64,000 nt of DNA, taken from positions 32,731 through 96,730 of the IMG/VR virus record IMGVR_UViG_3300021963_000063, one strand, 5' to 3'. This document shows positions 32,301 to 41,889 of the stretch, piece after piece. The first letter of the stretch is position 1, and every line of letters begins with the position of its first letter. This stretch comes from a virus. A model generated the notes under the pieces. The model was given only the letters and a program-made list of their open reading frames with translations, did no database searches and had not been told where the DNA came from. Both the position numbers and the translations under genes were made by a program.

Positions 32301-35300
32301 GCACCACGACCAAGAACTCCAGAAGTTTTACCAGCTGCACCAGTTCCCTTAATGGCTTCTAAGCCACTAGCTCTTTTACCAGCACCACGTTCAAGCACTC
32401 CTGACAATGATTGTGCATTTAATTTTTTACCGAACATATCCACTACACCAGATAGTGCTGATATCGTAAAGGATGCTGCAGCAAGATTATTAGAAAACTT
32501 TGCAAGACCTTCATTTGTTGGAGCAAGCATTGGCATAAAACTAGCCATCATACCAACTGCACCCGTACCTGCAGATATTCTTTGATTTTTTGAGAATCCT
32601 GAACTTTGTCTTACTTCATCAGGACTGCCACCTTCTTGGAATCTTGGTGCTTGGTTAAAGTTTATGTCTTCTAACATTCCACCATATTGTTTAGCAGCCT
32701 TCTTATTTACTACAAACTCTCCTGGCTCTAATAAAGCAGGAACTCTGTCTCCAGTTCCCTTTCCAGGAACCCATGGACCACCAGATTGCATACCAGCTAT
32801 GCCACCAACCTGTCTAGCCATCATTCCAATTCCAGTAGTTCTTGCAAATCTTCCAGTTACTGGGTTTCTAAGTCTAGGCTGTGATGCTGATTGTGTTACT
32901 GGCAAACCCATAAGTTTTGAAATTGATGGATGAATGCTTCTAGATCTTTCTGCTTCTGGTCTAAATTGTCTTCCTAACTCGTTTAAATATATTTTTTTAA
33001 TTCTTCCAGATGATGACTGTCTTTCGCCTTCATAAAAAACCTGACCGTCTTTTTCAAAAACTAAAACATCAGATTCTCTTCCTCCAGAAGATTTTAAAAT
33101 TGAGTCTTGAATTGTTTTTGGTGCTTGTGAAAATGGAATAATACTTTGAGAAAATCCTCTTTCTAATAACTTAGATCTACTTATTCCAACAGAGAATTCT
33201 TTTACATATTCTTGTCTAGAAAATAGGTCGGAAATTCTTTTCTTTCCAGACTCATATCTTAAATCTTTAGTCTTTTTATAAATCATTTGATCATTTACTA
33301 AATCATCTCCTAGTGCTGTTAGATACCTAGCTACCCTTGATTTAAATGTTCTAGCAATTGATTTAGCTTCATTTTCACTTAATCCATTTGATACCATTCT
33401 TTGTATCATTGCATCTTCTGACCCTGGTGAGTTAATTTCTTTTAATAAATCTGATGCTTTAACGCTTGGAGAATTTTTATTTAAATCTGAATTATATTGA
33501 CTATAAAATCCTAAATCTAAATATTCTTTTCCTATACCTCCAAAATCATTTGGGGGATACATATGAGCAAAGGCTCCACCATTTTGAAATCTTGGAACTC
33601 CATTGTTTATATCCTCTAATAAACCGCCATATTGCTTTGCTGCATTTCTATTTACAACAAATTCTCCAGGCTCAAGTAATGCCTTTACCCTATCTCCACT
33701 TCCAGATCCTGGAACCCATGAACCTTGTTGTCTTCTAATTGGTGATCCAGGAGGTGGCTTTCCACCCCTTCTTGGAGGATTAACTAATGGTGTGCTTGTA
33801 AATGCACCTGGAGTTGCAGATTTTTGTGCAATAAGAGTAGCATTATAATCTCTCATTAATTGAACTAATCTAGTCATTGCTGTAGCTTGATTTTGGATAG
33901 AAACAGTTAGTGTGTCTGTTGCTTTTGCTGCTGCAATTTGTTGATCATCAAGTAAGCTAAATTGTTTTGTTGGAAGACCAGCAAGTCTTCTACCTAAGTT
34001 AACAAATCCCATTGCACCCTTAGTTACATATCCAAGGAAGTTAGCGAGTACACCAGTGATCATAACTACTGGTCCTGCAATTGCAGTTAATCCTGCTGCA
34101 AATTTTAAGAAATTCTTAACTGGTTCTGGAAGACCCTTGCCAATTTCTATAACTCTTTCCATGAAATTTGCAAACTTTTCCATAAATGGAATTACTGCTC
34201 TTGTAATTGTTTCGCCAACTGGGAGTAGGGATGCTTTAATTCCTTCCATGGCACGTTGGAATCTCATGGATGTAGATTCTGTTAAAGTTTTAATTTCAGA
34301 GTCAGCAATTTTTGCAAGTTCTTCAGAAGAAGCACCCATCAATTTCATAACTTCAACTGTTTGTGATCCCTGTGCATTAAGGTTATCAAATAGTGCAGAA
34401 ATTCTAGCAAACTGATATTTACCAAAAAGTTGTTCAATAATCTTTGCTTTACCAAAATCATCAAGAGTTTGAAGTGATGCTTGGAACTCTAAAAGGGTTG
34501 GCATTAACTGTCCCTTGTTTCTGGTTACAATACCCTCAAGATCAATACCATATTGCTTTGCAACCGCAGAACCTGCTTTAGTTGGATTGATAAGAGAGGC
34601 AAGACCAGACTTTAATGCGTTAGCACTTTCAGCAGCATTGATGCCACCTTCTTTCATTGCTACAAGCAAAACAGAAAGATCTTTAACATCTCCACCAAGG
34701 GAGTTCATTACTGGTCCAACCTTTGGAATTGCTGTAGTTAAGTCTTGCAAAGATACAGAAGTTTGGTTTTCTACTGCGTTTAAGAAGTCAATAGATTCTG
34801 CTAATTCTTTAGTGCTCATGTTGAAAGCATTTTGCAAAGAAAGGGTTGTTGCCATAGCATCTTGTCTATCAAGTTCACCAAGAACTGCTAGTCTTGATGT
34901 TTGCTTAACAGAATCAACTAACTTTTTACCTTCAAGACCAGTTGCAGCTAAGTCTGCAGCAAGACCTGCAGTTTCTTTTGCTGCTATACCGTAGCTCTTG
35001 GCAATATCAATTGCAACTGCTTGAATAGCATTTCGCATTTCCATGGATGCTTCTTTTGTTGTTCCAACAAGGTCTGCACCATATACTTTTTGGAATCTTG
35101 TTAGTTCTTTATCAACATCGTTAAATGCTTTAATTGTTGTTGATGCAAATATTGTCATTGGAACGGTAAGACCTACTGTAAGCTGTCTACCTGCCCATTG
35201 GGTATTTTTACCCCAGTTAATTAACTGTGTTGCACCGTCTTGAATAAGTCTATTAAATATATCAAATTGTTTTCTAGCAACTTGTAACTGATTATTCATA

Positions 35301-35734
35301 TCAGTCATGTCAAGTCGCATTGGGGTTACAAGAATACCCTTACGTCTTCCCTCAGCATCCATGCCAAGTTCAACTAGTTGACCTTTTGTTCTTCTTACCT
35401 GATCTTCAGCAAGTTTTCTTGCATTACTATTTTGAGAAAATGCTCTAGAAGCTTCTCTGTAGTAATCTCTTAATTTTAGCTTGCTCTTATCAAGAGCTTT
35501 TCCAAAATTATCTAAGTCAGATGTAATAGTTACAGTTTTTGTACTAAAGCCACCAATTTGACCTGCTGCTGCTGTAAAGGTATTGGCAATATCGTTTCTT
35601 AATACACGAGCATTTTTATCTAAAGAGTTAAATGACGTGTTTAATACACTAAGCTCTTTGGATAGAGCTTTAATTTGTGATAAGGCTGATCCAAAGTCTG
35701 CATCATAATTAAATGTAGCATTTACATCAGCCAT
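29336..35734 (-). CDS. Tape measure protein with M23 peptidase domain
   Basis: 2132 aa, helical TMP core; HLGTDF/YAHL/STGPHLHFE M23 motifs; follows the chaperone genes. Confidence 0.93.
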   Translation of the reverse strand: MADVNATFNYDADFGSALSQIKALSKELSVLNTSFNSLDKNARVLRNDIANTFTAAAGQIGGFSTKTVTITSDLDNFGKALDKSKLKLRDYYREASRAFSQNSNARKLAEDQVRRTKGQLVELGMDAEGRRKGILVTPMRLDMTDMNNQLQVARKQFDIFNRLIQDGATQLINWGKNTQWAGRQLTVGLTVPMTIFASTTIKAFNDVDKELTRFQKVYGADLVGTTKEASMEMRNAIQAVAIDIAKSYGIAAKETAGLAADLAATGLEGKKLVDSVKQTSRLAVLGELDRQDAMATTLSLQNAFNMSTKELAESIDFLNAVENQTSVSLQDLTTAIPKVGPVMNSLGGDVKDLSVLLVAMKEGGINAAESANALKSGLASLINPTKAGSAVAKQYGIDLEGIVTRNKGQLMPTLLEFQASLQTLDDFGKAKIIEQLFGKYQFARISALFDNLNAQGSQTVEVMKLMGASSEELAKIADSEIKTLTESTSMRFQRAMEGIKASLLPVGETITRAVIPFMEKFANFMERVIEIGKGLPEPVKNFLKFAAGLTAIAGPVVMITGVLANFLGYVTKGAMGFVNLGRRLAGLPTKQFSLLDDQQIAAAKATDTLTVSIQNQATAMTRLVQLMRDYNATLIAQKSATPGAFTSTPLVNPPRRGGKPPPGSPIRRQQGSWVPGSGSGDRVKALLEPGEFVVNRNAAKQYGGLLEDINNGVPRFQNGGAFAHMYPPNDFGGIGKEYLDLGFYSQYNSDLNKNSPSVKASDLLKEINSPGSEDAMIQRMVSNGLSENEAKSIARTFKSRVARYLTALGDDLVNDQMIYKKTKDLRYESGKKRISDLFSRQEYVKEFSVGISRSKLLERGFSQSIIPFSQAPKTIQDSILKSSGGRESDVLVFEKDGQVFYEGERQSSSGRIKKIYLNELGRQFRPEAERSRSIHPSISKLMGLPVTQSASQPRLRNPVTGRFARTTGIGMMARQVGGIAGMQSGGPWVPGKGTGDRVPALLEPGEFVVNKKAAKQYGGMLEDINFNQAPRFQEGGSPDEVRQSSGFSKNQRISAGTGAVGMMASFMPMLAPTNEGLAKFSNNLAAASFTISALSGVVDMFGKKLNAQSLSGVLERGAGKRASGLEAIKGTGAAGKTSGVLGRGAQMAGGAGRLAMGALMSGPGLIAVAAIALGAAAWMKYKKEVEEARKSAEQAFSVGAKTAQAYGYELTKINDKIKENAQLTKDLGIGFTETKSTVVSEEKKAAIKEDNSALIANLQEKTEGISPYLSDEENKKNIDNVKGQLITKYATLRQQGVSVEDANEIITTIAREGGDDILSVLSDMRPQLEQMNSDNINEVFKAAQDAQLKALTSQKDFGVFDAGAKEAFKESMAGSLDVIQFAPPEDQLDALNNLINNMSNFNADQVTLGAEALKEAAAAAYGTQSGMGSTLEQLFGTTTEDGYTKTEDQQQQDLVLGTRIMNAEQQGIINESQQRIISVALAEGDIEKVNSILDEVERNRDVKINIDIQNKEAAEAALKDLDKQITAQQAKFDQEIIANENATEAENKRYENAQKAHEKFIKQKQDEIEEINKSADAYIKALQDEQRADDFANQQRDTAVGGLKSLASGDVFGFVQAQENMAGAAQQFGFESEIKAIDDRRQAAVDAKQEEIKKEQELAATEDERHQNRLEAIQAQRDALVAANAVEMKSLQDQQGAWSSLSTMSGGAFDSMMGGYSKAATEAGKVVAVQIAIAELAKGKTIEEAIAAGQAYMKQTYGVQNSNGGEGSSAYTTTGTTAGNSGSGSNGPTSGGESKGGYASGGYISGAGGPKADLIPARLSNGEYVVQASAVDEYGVGMMDAINEQKFADGGIVKPISYGANKGYPYGDNGHLGTDFSGPTGASVVAAHSGNVESQTIKMDPNGINSASNPMAGRNYGDGLASYGRLLTITGNGWKTKYAHLGKVLKTGNVSQGEVVALSGNSGNSTGPHLHFEVFKGGRRMNPLAAISGNYNGPTGTQEISQSDTQLEASVAQIATAMGTTEATYNKVIKDGVASLVGRRFGGSMTMNKPYMVGENGPEIVMPYGSGGKVVPIKYNVPAMASGGIMNGSMVSSSPQINVTVNGVNDPKQAADRAAQLINSEMNRRKFSRSIG

Positions 35735-36407
35735 TATTCACCACTCCTTAGTATTGCATAACCAATTCCCATGTCAGGCGTTAAACCAAGTTCTGCTGCA
35801 CCAGTAATATTTTCGTTACTGGTCAGCTTTGATAGAGCCCTTGCCTGTATTTCTTGAAATGTCGATGGCTTGTCTGTAGAGTCAGAAGAAGTATTGTCAG
35901 AATCTAAATCTACTCCTTGCATTGCTGCAATGAATTTATTTTTTCTATTTTCTACTTTGTACATTGCTTTTAATGTTGCTGTTAACTCAGGCATTGAGAT
36001 ACTTTCCTCAAGTTCTTCGTAGTCTTTCCAGTGTCCAAGCAAAAATACTTCTGCCTCTAGCTCCGCAAGATCTAGTTCGTTCCAACCAGTTCCTGAGCCA
36101 TCGCTACGAGGTTTGGGTCGTTCAGCTTGATTTCAGCAGCCACCTCCAAGATTTTATACATTGTCTGGATGTCAAGTGCATTTTCAAGTGCATCTCTATC
36201 TCCAGCAAGTTCTGCGTTGTACTGTTTGAAGGCAATTTGGGTGCAATTGATTAGAGTGTTTAAGAACTCATCTTCATCTTTTGCTTCCTGTGCTTTTTGC
36301 CATTCTTTCATTAGTTCTCTTAGGTTCTTTAAGTTTAAAGGCTTGATGTTTACTACTGTGCCGTCTAGAAGTTCTAGCTCTACACTTTCATATACTTTGG
36401 TTGCCAT
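35734..36407 (-). CDS. Tail assembly chaperone, long form via -1 frameshift
   Basis: Slippery CCCAAAC at 36117-36111; the -1 frame reads PKPRSDGSGTGWNELDLAELEAEVFLLGHWKD into ORF 35734..36042. Confidence 0.85.
36072..36407 (-). CDS. Tail assembly chaperone, short form
   Basis: Between major tail and tape measure genes. Confidence 0.85.
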   Translation of the reverse strand: MATKVYESVELELLDGTVVNIKPLNLKNLRELMKEWQKAQEAKDEDEFLNTLINCTQIAFKQYNAELAGDRDALENALDIQTMYKILEVAAEIKLNDPNLVAMAQELVGTN

Positions 36408-36457
36408 TTTTTCTCCTTTGGATTCTCTTTAATTATATAGCATTTATTGTTATAACA

Positions 36458-36489
36458 TAATAGGGTAGGCATTTCTGCCTACCCTATTA
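36458..36489 (-). terminator. Intrinsic terminator after the major tail gene
   Basis: 14-bp stem TAATAGGGTAGGCA, GAAA loop on the minus strand. Confidence 0.75.
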
Positions 36490-36507
36490 TACATTATTAA
36501 GTTATGT

Positions 36508-37182
36508 TTACGCTGGTGTGAAAACTCTATCAATGATTTTTCCGTATGCTGCATTGCCATCTGACGCTGCTGCATTAACTGAAGACGCTAGAAGACGGAA
36601 GGAAACAGGGAAAACTGTTGCTTCGTTTCTTCTAATGCCAACGGTTACAGTGTCCATAGAAAGAGCACGATAAGCTAAGTAGACTCGTTCTACTACTTCA
36701 CCTGATGTTGTCTTTGATTCTGGACCTGGACCAACAATTGCGATTGAACGCTCTAGTGGAGTATATCCAAGAGATCCACCGTTAATTGTGAAAGTCTGAA
36801 TGTCTGCAGTTGATGCACCGCTAAGGTCATCTGAATCTGCACCAAGAACGATAAGCATGTTTTCTAGTGTTGCTTCTGTAAGGGTTGTGTTAACCATTAC
36901 TCTCTGACCTTGCTTGAAGATCTTTGCAACGTCAAGAAGCTGATCAACTTGAACTTCACCGAAGTCTGGTTCAAAAGAAAGTTCAGCACCTTCCGATGTG
37001 TAACCTACTGATTTCCAGTCTGTTGAGTCAACATTAGCTGGGTCTGTCAAACGCTTGACTGAGCCAGATAGGGTCGAACTCGCTGCTGGTAGAGTATTTT
37101 CTCCGTATTCTGTGCCTGTAACTGCTCCTACATAAAGAGCACCAGCACCTACGATAATATTTTTTGCATTACCAATTGCCAT
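36508..37182 (-). CDS. Major tail protein
   Basis: IIVGAGALY...GYTSEG...VDQ...TLTEATLENM. Confidence 0.85.
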   Translation of the reverse strand: MAIGNAKNIIVGAGALYVGAVTGTEYGENTLPAASSTLSGSVKRLTDPANVDSTDWKSVGYTSEGAELSFEPDFGEVQVDQLLDVAKIFKQGQRVMVNTTLTEATLENMLIVLGADSDDLSGASTADIQTFTINGGSLGYTPLERSIAIVGPGPESKTTSGEVVERVYLAYRALSMDTVTVGIRRNEATVFPVSFRLLASSVNAAASDGNAAYGKIIDRVFTPA

Positions 37183-37267
37183 AGTGTATTTTTACACCTC
37201 CTGTCATTTATTAAGATATGACTTGCTGTGGTCTTGCTTCCTCAAGTTAATAGTACCACGATTAGTT

Positions 37268-37990
37268 TTATGATTTAGTATAATCATATGTAAGGATAAG
37301 GGAAGTAACAAATTTAGGCTTAAAGCTATCAACTCTTTTTTCGTCAATCATATAGTTTGACTGCTCACATTTGATAAACTTAAACTTAATTTCATCATCT
37401 TGAATATAGTCATTTACTGACTGAGCTGAAATATCAAATTTCTTCAATGTTTCATAGATAAAGTTTCTAAAATAGTAAATTTGAGGCAACTCTCCAACTA
37501 TAGTGTAGACAGCTTTTTCGCAGTCAATAAACCACTGGGTATTGGTTGGTGGGGTAAATAGGAAATCATAGATTACGAAAGGTGTAATGTCTGTATTTGC
37601 ACCAGAGTTTTCTGCTACTGGGTAGAATGGAAAAAGACCTATTTCTTTGACTGTTCCACCACCTGATGCACTTGATCCAAGATTTGGTCTTGCAATGGTA
37701 AAAGTGGTTGGGGTTGGTGTGGATAAAACTCTATGGTTTTTATCATAATAGGCATTAACTCCAGAAATCTTACACAACTGATTTGCTATGACTCCATGAT
37801 CTGAGGTAGTTGTAACTGTAGAAATTTCACCAGAAGAGGTGATTCCAGATACGGTTGACGTTGTTCCATTTAACGAATAGTTTTCAACATTTATAACTCC
37901 AGTATCTATAACATTTCCATCAACAAGACCTGATGCTAGGTCCCAGATGTACTTGTTAATAAGTTGTATTGGTAGCTTATTATAAGTCAT
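37268..37990 (-). CDS. Tail terminator-like protein with inserted beta module
   Basis: Position before the major tail gene; PFVIYD motif. Confidence 0.6.
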   Translation of the reverse strand: MTYNKLPIQLINKYIWDLASGLVDGNVIDTGVINVENYSLNGTTSTVSGITSSGEISTVTTTSDHGVIANQLCKISGVNAYYDKNHRVLSTPTPTTFTIARPNLGSSASGGGTVKEIGLFPFYPVAENSGANTDITPFVIYDFLFTPPTNTQWFIDCEKAVYTIVGELPQIYYFRNFIYETLKKFDISAQSVNDYIQDDEIKFKFIKCEQSNYMIDEKRVDSFKPKFVTSLILTYDYTKS

Positions 37991-38718
37991 TACCTTAGTC
38001 TCCTAACAATTGAGTTGGCTGATTTTGCTGCTTCTGATGCCATACCCTCTATTCTACCAGCAGACACCCTAGCAAGTGCAATTCTTGATTCGTTTGATAT
38101 TCCATTTTCTATTCTTTCAAAGAATCCTAATTCTTTTAATGCTGAAGGTCCCATTGATGTCATAAATATGTTAAAAGTTTCTACAAATGATCCAGCAACA
38201 TCTTCTCCACCTGGCTCAGCAACAAAAACTGTTTTCTTTGAGTAGAACTCACCCTCATACTCAAATCTTAGGTATTCAGCATTTCTTGCAGTAATTGTTA
38301 ACGGTATCTGATTTTCCATAACATATGCCTTATTTTTAAACACATATCCACTTTCTGGTGGAATTCTTGAAGGCTTAAAATTATATACAAGAGATGGCTT
38401 GGTTGCGGATGTAGATATACTGGACTCAAATAGCCTACCCGTTTTGTCTCCTACCATTCCAGGCTCATAGACGTGATGAAATTTTGAATAGTTCATTCTT
38501 GCTAGATTATCCACATACGCTTCAAAATAGGTAGCAAGCATTTTTAATCCTGCAATCTGAATTCTAGGCTTATCTTGGTTATTTATTCTATTAATGAGTT
38601 CTGAATTAAATAAAACACTAGCAGCGATTTTTTCTGTTATGTTGCCTGTTCGTATGTGTTTTCTATATTTAGGCTTTGTGAGGGCTCTGAGAGCTCCTGT
38701 GTCTATACTTCTAGCCAT
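37990..38718 (-). CDS. Neck/tail-completion protein
   Basis: Synteny. Confidence 0.55.
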   Translation of the reverse strand: MARSIDTGALRALTKPKYRKHIRTGNITEKIAASVLFNSELINRINNQDKPRIQIAGLKMLATYFEAYVDNLARMNYSKFHHVYEPGMVGDKTGRLFESSISTSATKPSLVYNFKPSRIPPESGYVFKNKAYVMENQIPLTITARNAEYLRFEYEGEFYSKKTVFVAEPGGEDVAGSFVETFNIFMTSMGPSALKELGFFERIENGISNESRIALARVSAGRIEGMASEAAKSANSIVRRLR

Positions 38719-39161
38719 TACTCTGTCTCCAGAGTTTGGATTTCCTGTCTATAAAGAACGGTTTCATATTCTAGTACTCTGCCATCAAAATCAATAATAG
38801 GGGTACTACCACGAGGTTCAAAAATAGTTGCTCCATTTACACCACCACTTGTTGTAATGACTCCAGATTCGCTCCAGATGACTCCAGAGGCATTTCTAAT
38901 TGATACCACCCTGTCTTCAGAGCTAATAGGATTTGCTGTTCTTACTTTTACGATATTACTAACTGCAGTTAAATAATTTTTAATGTCAACAGCACTAGAG
39001 TTTTGAGAGATTGTATCTCTTACAATTCCTTTTGCCAAGCAGTTAACTGTGCTAGATAGTGTCCAGATATTTTGAAAGGTTCCACTATTAACGTCCTGAA
39101 TTTTTCTAGGACTATAGATATCTGCTTTCATTGTATAGGAGGCGTGAGATAAGCAACTCAT
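38718..39161 (-). CDS. Head closure (stopper) protein
   Basis: Size, beta-rich sequence, synteny. Confidence 0.55.
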   Translation of the reverse strand: MSCLSHASYTMKADIYSPRKIQDVNSGTFQNIWTLSSTVNCLAKGIVRDTISQNSSAVDIKNYLTAVSNIVKVRTANPISSEDRVVSIRNASGVIWSESGVITTSGGVNGATIFEPRGSTPIIDFDGRVLEYETVLYRQEIQTLETE

Positions 39162-39164
39162 TTG

Positions 39165-40313
39165 TTATACCGCCCATAGGTCAAATCTATTATACTGAGA
39201 TATCAAAGACTCAACTAAAATGCTTCCAATTCCATTTCCTGGCATAAACTCAACAGTATATGCATCATTTTTAACTGACTTAACTCCACGATTTTTATAA
39301 TTAAAGTCTGAACATAACATATCGTTAACAAGCTCAAGTGTTGCTAGATTAATATCATTTGGAATATACTTCCATCCATATTCTCCACGAATTAGATAAA
39401 GACTGTTTCTTTCAAAGTATCCTGCTGAATTAATTACGCTGGTATCTGACCACTCAATAATATTTGCACCTTCCCAGACAACCTTTAAGCTATTCTTTCC
39501 GTTTGTGACTGCAAATGGGTAATCTAAAAGGTTAATTTCTGGGTCTGCTGTAGTATCATAAATAACTTCATCATCTTTAATAATCTTGTCAAATGATTCA
39601 ATTCTTTGACCAATAAATAGTACATCTGATCCTTGACCAAGGGTTCCTACGGTTTTATATTTAAATGTAAAATCATCACTAATTTTTGAATTAATATATA
39701 GTCTTGCTCTTCTTTCTAATTTAGTAAGTTCTGCTTCTGTAATTTCACCAAAACCTGGATCTAATGCTACGATTGTAAGACCTGCATGTTCTGCAAGTTC
39801 TACTGTTGTTGCATATGGTCTAATTAGACTTACATAAATTTCATCTTCTGTATAAGAAGAAGCATCAATAATCTGAAGTTCAATTTTAAGTCTTCTATCA
39901 TATGTGGTAACTTCTTGATCTAAAACTAAGTTAAAATCAGTTGTTATTTGCAAGGCTGTACCAGATTGGGTGGCTGTTGCAGTTCCTGTGGTTGTATCAG
40001 TTATAGTAAATTGTGAGTCTGATCTAGTTGCAATTGTAACATTTGACTTATTAAGGCTTGATCCAGTTGTTGTGGATAGTCCAGTAATTGTAACTACATC
40101 ACCAACCGCAAATGTGTTTGATGCAGTGTAAGTGATAGTTGTTCCATTTCCAGATGCTCCTGTTACTGTTGCTCTTTTTACCAGTGATTCATCTGACTGA
40201 ACATATTCTTCTAGATCTAGGTCATATACACTAAAAACAACTGCGTCTGTGCCTGATGGGGCTGTATATGGAATAGTTACAATATCTCCATCTGACCTTA
40301 AGTATTCTTTCAT
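39165..40313 (-). CDS. Head-tail adaptor with N-terminal extra domains
   Basis: PYATTVEL...YGWKYIPNDINLATLEL adaptor pattern. Confidence 0.7.
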   Translation of the reverse strand: MKEYLRSDGDIVTIPYTAPSGTDAVVFSVYDLDLEEYVQSDESLVKRATVTGASGNGTTITYTASNTFAVGDVVTITGLSTTTGSSLNKSNVTIATRSDSQFTITDTTTGTATATQSGTALQITTDFNLVLDQEVTTYDRRLKIELQIIDASSYTEDEIYVSLIRPYATTVELAEHAGLTIVALDPGFGEITEAELTKLERRARLYINSKISDDFTFKYKTVGTLGQGSDVLFIGQRIESFDKIIKDDEVIYDTTADPEINLLDYPFAVTNGKNSLKVVWEGANIIEWSDTSVINSAGYFERNSLYLIRGEYGWKYIPNDINLATLELVNDMLCSDFNYKNRGVKSVKNDAYTVEFMPGNGIGSILVESLISQYNRFDLWAV

Positions 40314-40735
40314 TAAACATTTACACCATAGAATGTTGCAACTTCTTCTGGGGTAGCCTCCCTAACTTCGTCTTTTGCTCTTCTTAAGATATCGTCTGCA
40401 ACTGATCTTGAGAATGTCTTGAATGGTTCATCAATTGTAAAAACAATTCCGTTTCCAACATTATAAGCACCTCTTGGGTATACCATTTTTAGTACAACCT
40501 TTTCTTGGGTTTTTGTTTCAACTGGTTCTTTTTCTACAACCACAATTTCTTTTTCTACTTTTTCTGCTTCTTTAATGCCAAAGGCATCTTCTAATTCTTT
40601 TGCATATTTTTCTTCTGTAATCCCTGCTTTTTCAATAAGCTTGATAATATCAGCTTTCTTAGCAGCTTTTGGATATTCAATATCATACATCATGCAGATG
40701 CTTTTTAATTCATAAACTGTTTTTTCGTTAAACAC
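40313..40735 (-). CDS. Hypothetical protein, N-terminal HeH/Rho-N-like motif
   Basis: TVYELKSIC...KKADII; GTG start with AGGAGG SD. Confidence 0.6.
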   Translation of the reverse strand: MFNEKTVYELKSICMMYDIEYPKAAKKADIIKLIEKAGITEEKYAKELEDAFGIKEAEKVEKEIVVVEKEPVETKTQEKVVLKMVYPRGAYNVGNGIVFTIDEPFKTFSRSVADDILRRAKDEVREATPEEVATFYGVNV

Positions 40736-40769
40736 AAAATCCTCCTATCATAAATTATACACTAAAAGT

Positions 40770-40802
40770 AAAACAGGGGCTACCGAAGTAGCCCCTGTTT
40801 TT
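40770..40802 (-). terminator. Intrinsic terminator after the capsid gene
   Basis: AAAACAGGGGCTAC-TTCG-GTAGCCCCTGTTTT; A/T tracts on both sides. Confidence 0.85.
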
Positions 40803-40812
40803 AATAGATAGA

Positions 40813-41862
40813 TTAGCTGGCACGAGTTGCGTATGCAATCGCTGACTTTTCTTCTACTGCTACACCCATACGGACGTATACTGTGTACTCTACTGTGTCC
40901 TTCTTTGGCTTGAATTCACGATGTACGGTTACATCACGCTGGAAGCCCCAGATTCTGTTGCTTGGTAGAGTTAGATCAACATAGTTGTCTGGATACAAAG
41001 GTACTTCTACAACTGGCAATCCGAAGATCAGGTATTGTGCACCTGCGGATCCACCAACTTGTGGAATTACACCATCGATTACACGAGTTGCAACCATATC
41101 TGGAACTGTTCCGATGTTTCTCAACTCGGAAAGCAATTCTGATAGATGCTTGCTATTCATGTAGAACTTTAGGTCCTGACGGCGAGCCTTGAACTTACGA
41201 GGCAATGCATTGTAGATTGCTTCGATAGCGTCCAAACCAAGTGTCGTTGTAGAACCATCGCTTGATTCAGGAGTAGACTCCCAAATGTTAGTCATTGTTG
41301 CTGACGCAGCAGCTGCTTCGTGAGCACCTGCATATGTTGCATCAAGAGTCTGACGATAGAACCCTGCAAGGGTGTTATTGTAAGAACCATCTCCTGATGT
41401 AGCTGGACGACCATTGATAGCAATGTCCTCAAGATCGTTTCCGAACTGAGTTGCCATCAAGCGAACGATGTGATCTTCTAGCTGTTCACCTTCAATGTTA
41501 TCCTCTAGGGATTCTGTTGAAAGTTCGTAGTCTAGACGGAACTTTGTTGTTGTAAGTTCGATCTTAGTGAACGCTGGAGCTGAATTGCTTCCTGTATCCT
41601 CAGCCTGGGTTGCCTTAGCAACTAGGCGTGAACCAACACGAACCTTATCAAGTTCCATTGTATTAGCTCTCATTACAACTCTACGACCATCATTGGCGAG
41701 AACCATCTCGTCAAAAATGTAGTCAATGAATTGGCGTGACTGCTCTGGGTTAAGTACACCACCCTCGTTTGTGCTAACATCAAAAGATGTCATTGCACCT
41801 GGGGATTCCAGTGGAGAGATTACTGTACCACTTGCTGCAGCCTTTTCGATAATATCACTCAT
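40813..41862 (-). CDS. Major capsid protein (HK97 fold)
   Basis: GGVLNPEQ, ESLEDNIEG, DLEDIAING; follows the protease. Confidence 0.9.
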   Translation of the reverse strand: MSDIIEKAAASGTVISPLESPGAMTSFDVSTNEGGVLNPEQSRQFIDYIFDEMVLANDGRRVVMRANTMELDKVRVGSRLVAKATQAEDTGSNSAPAFTKIELTTTKFRLDYELSTESLEDNIEGEQLEDHIVRLMATQFGNDLEDIAINGRPATSGDGSYNNTLAGFYRQTLDATYAGAHEAAAASATMTNIWESTPESSDGSTTTLGLDAIEAIYNALPRKFKARRQDLKFYMNSKHLSELLSELRNIGTVPDMVATRVIDGVIPQVGGSAGAQYLIFGLPVVEVPLYPDNYVDLTLPSNRIWGFQRDVTVHREFKPKKDTVEYTVYVRMGVAVEEKSAIAYATRAS

Positions 41863-41889
41863 TTTATTTATTTCACCTTCTTTTCCTTT

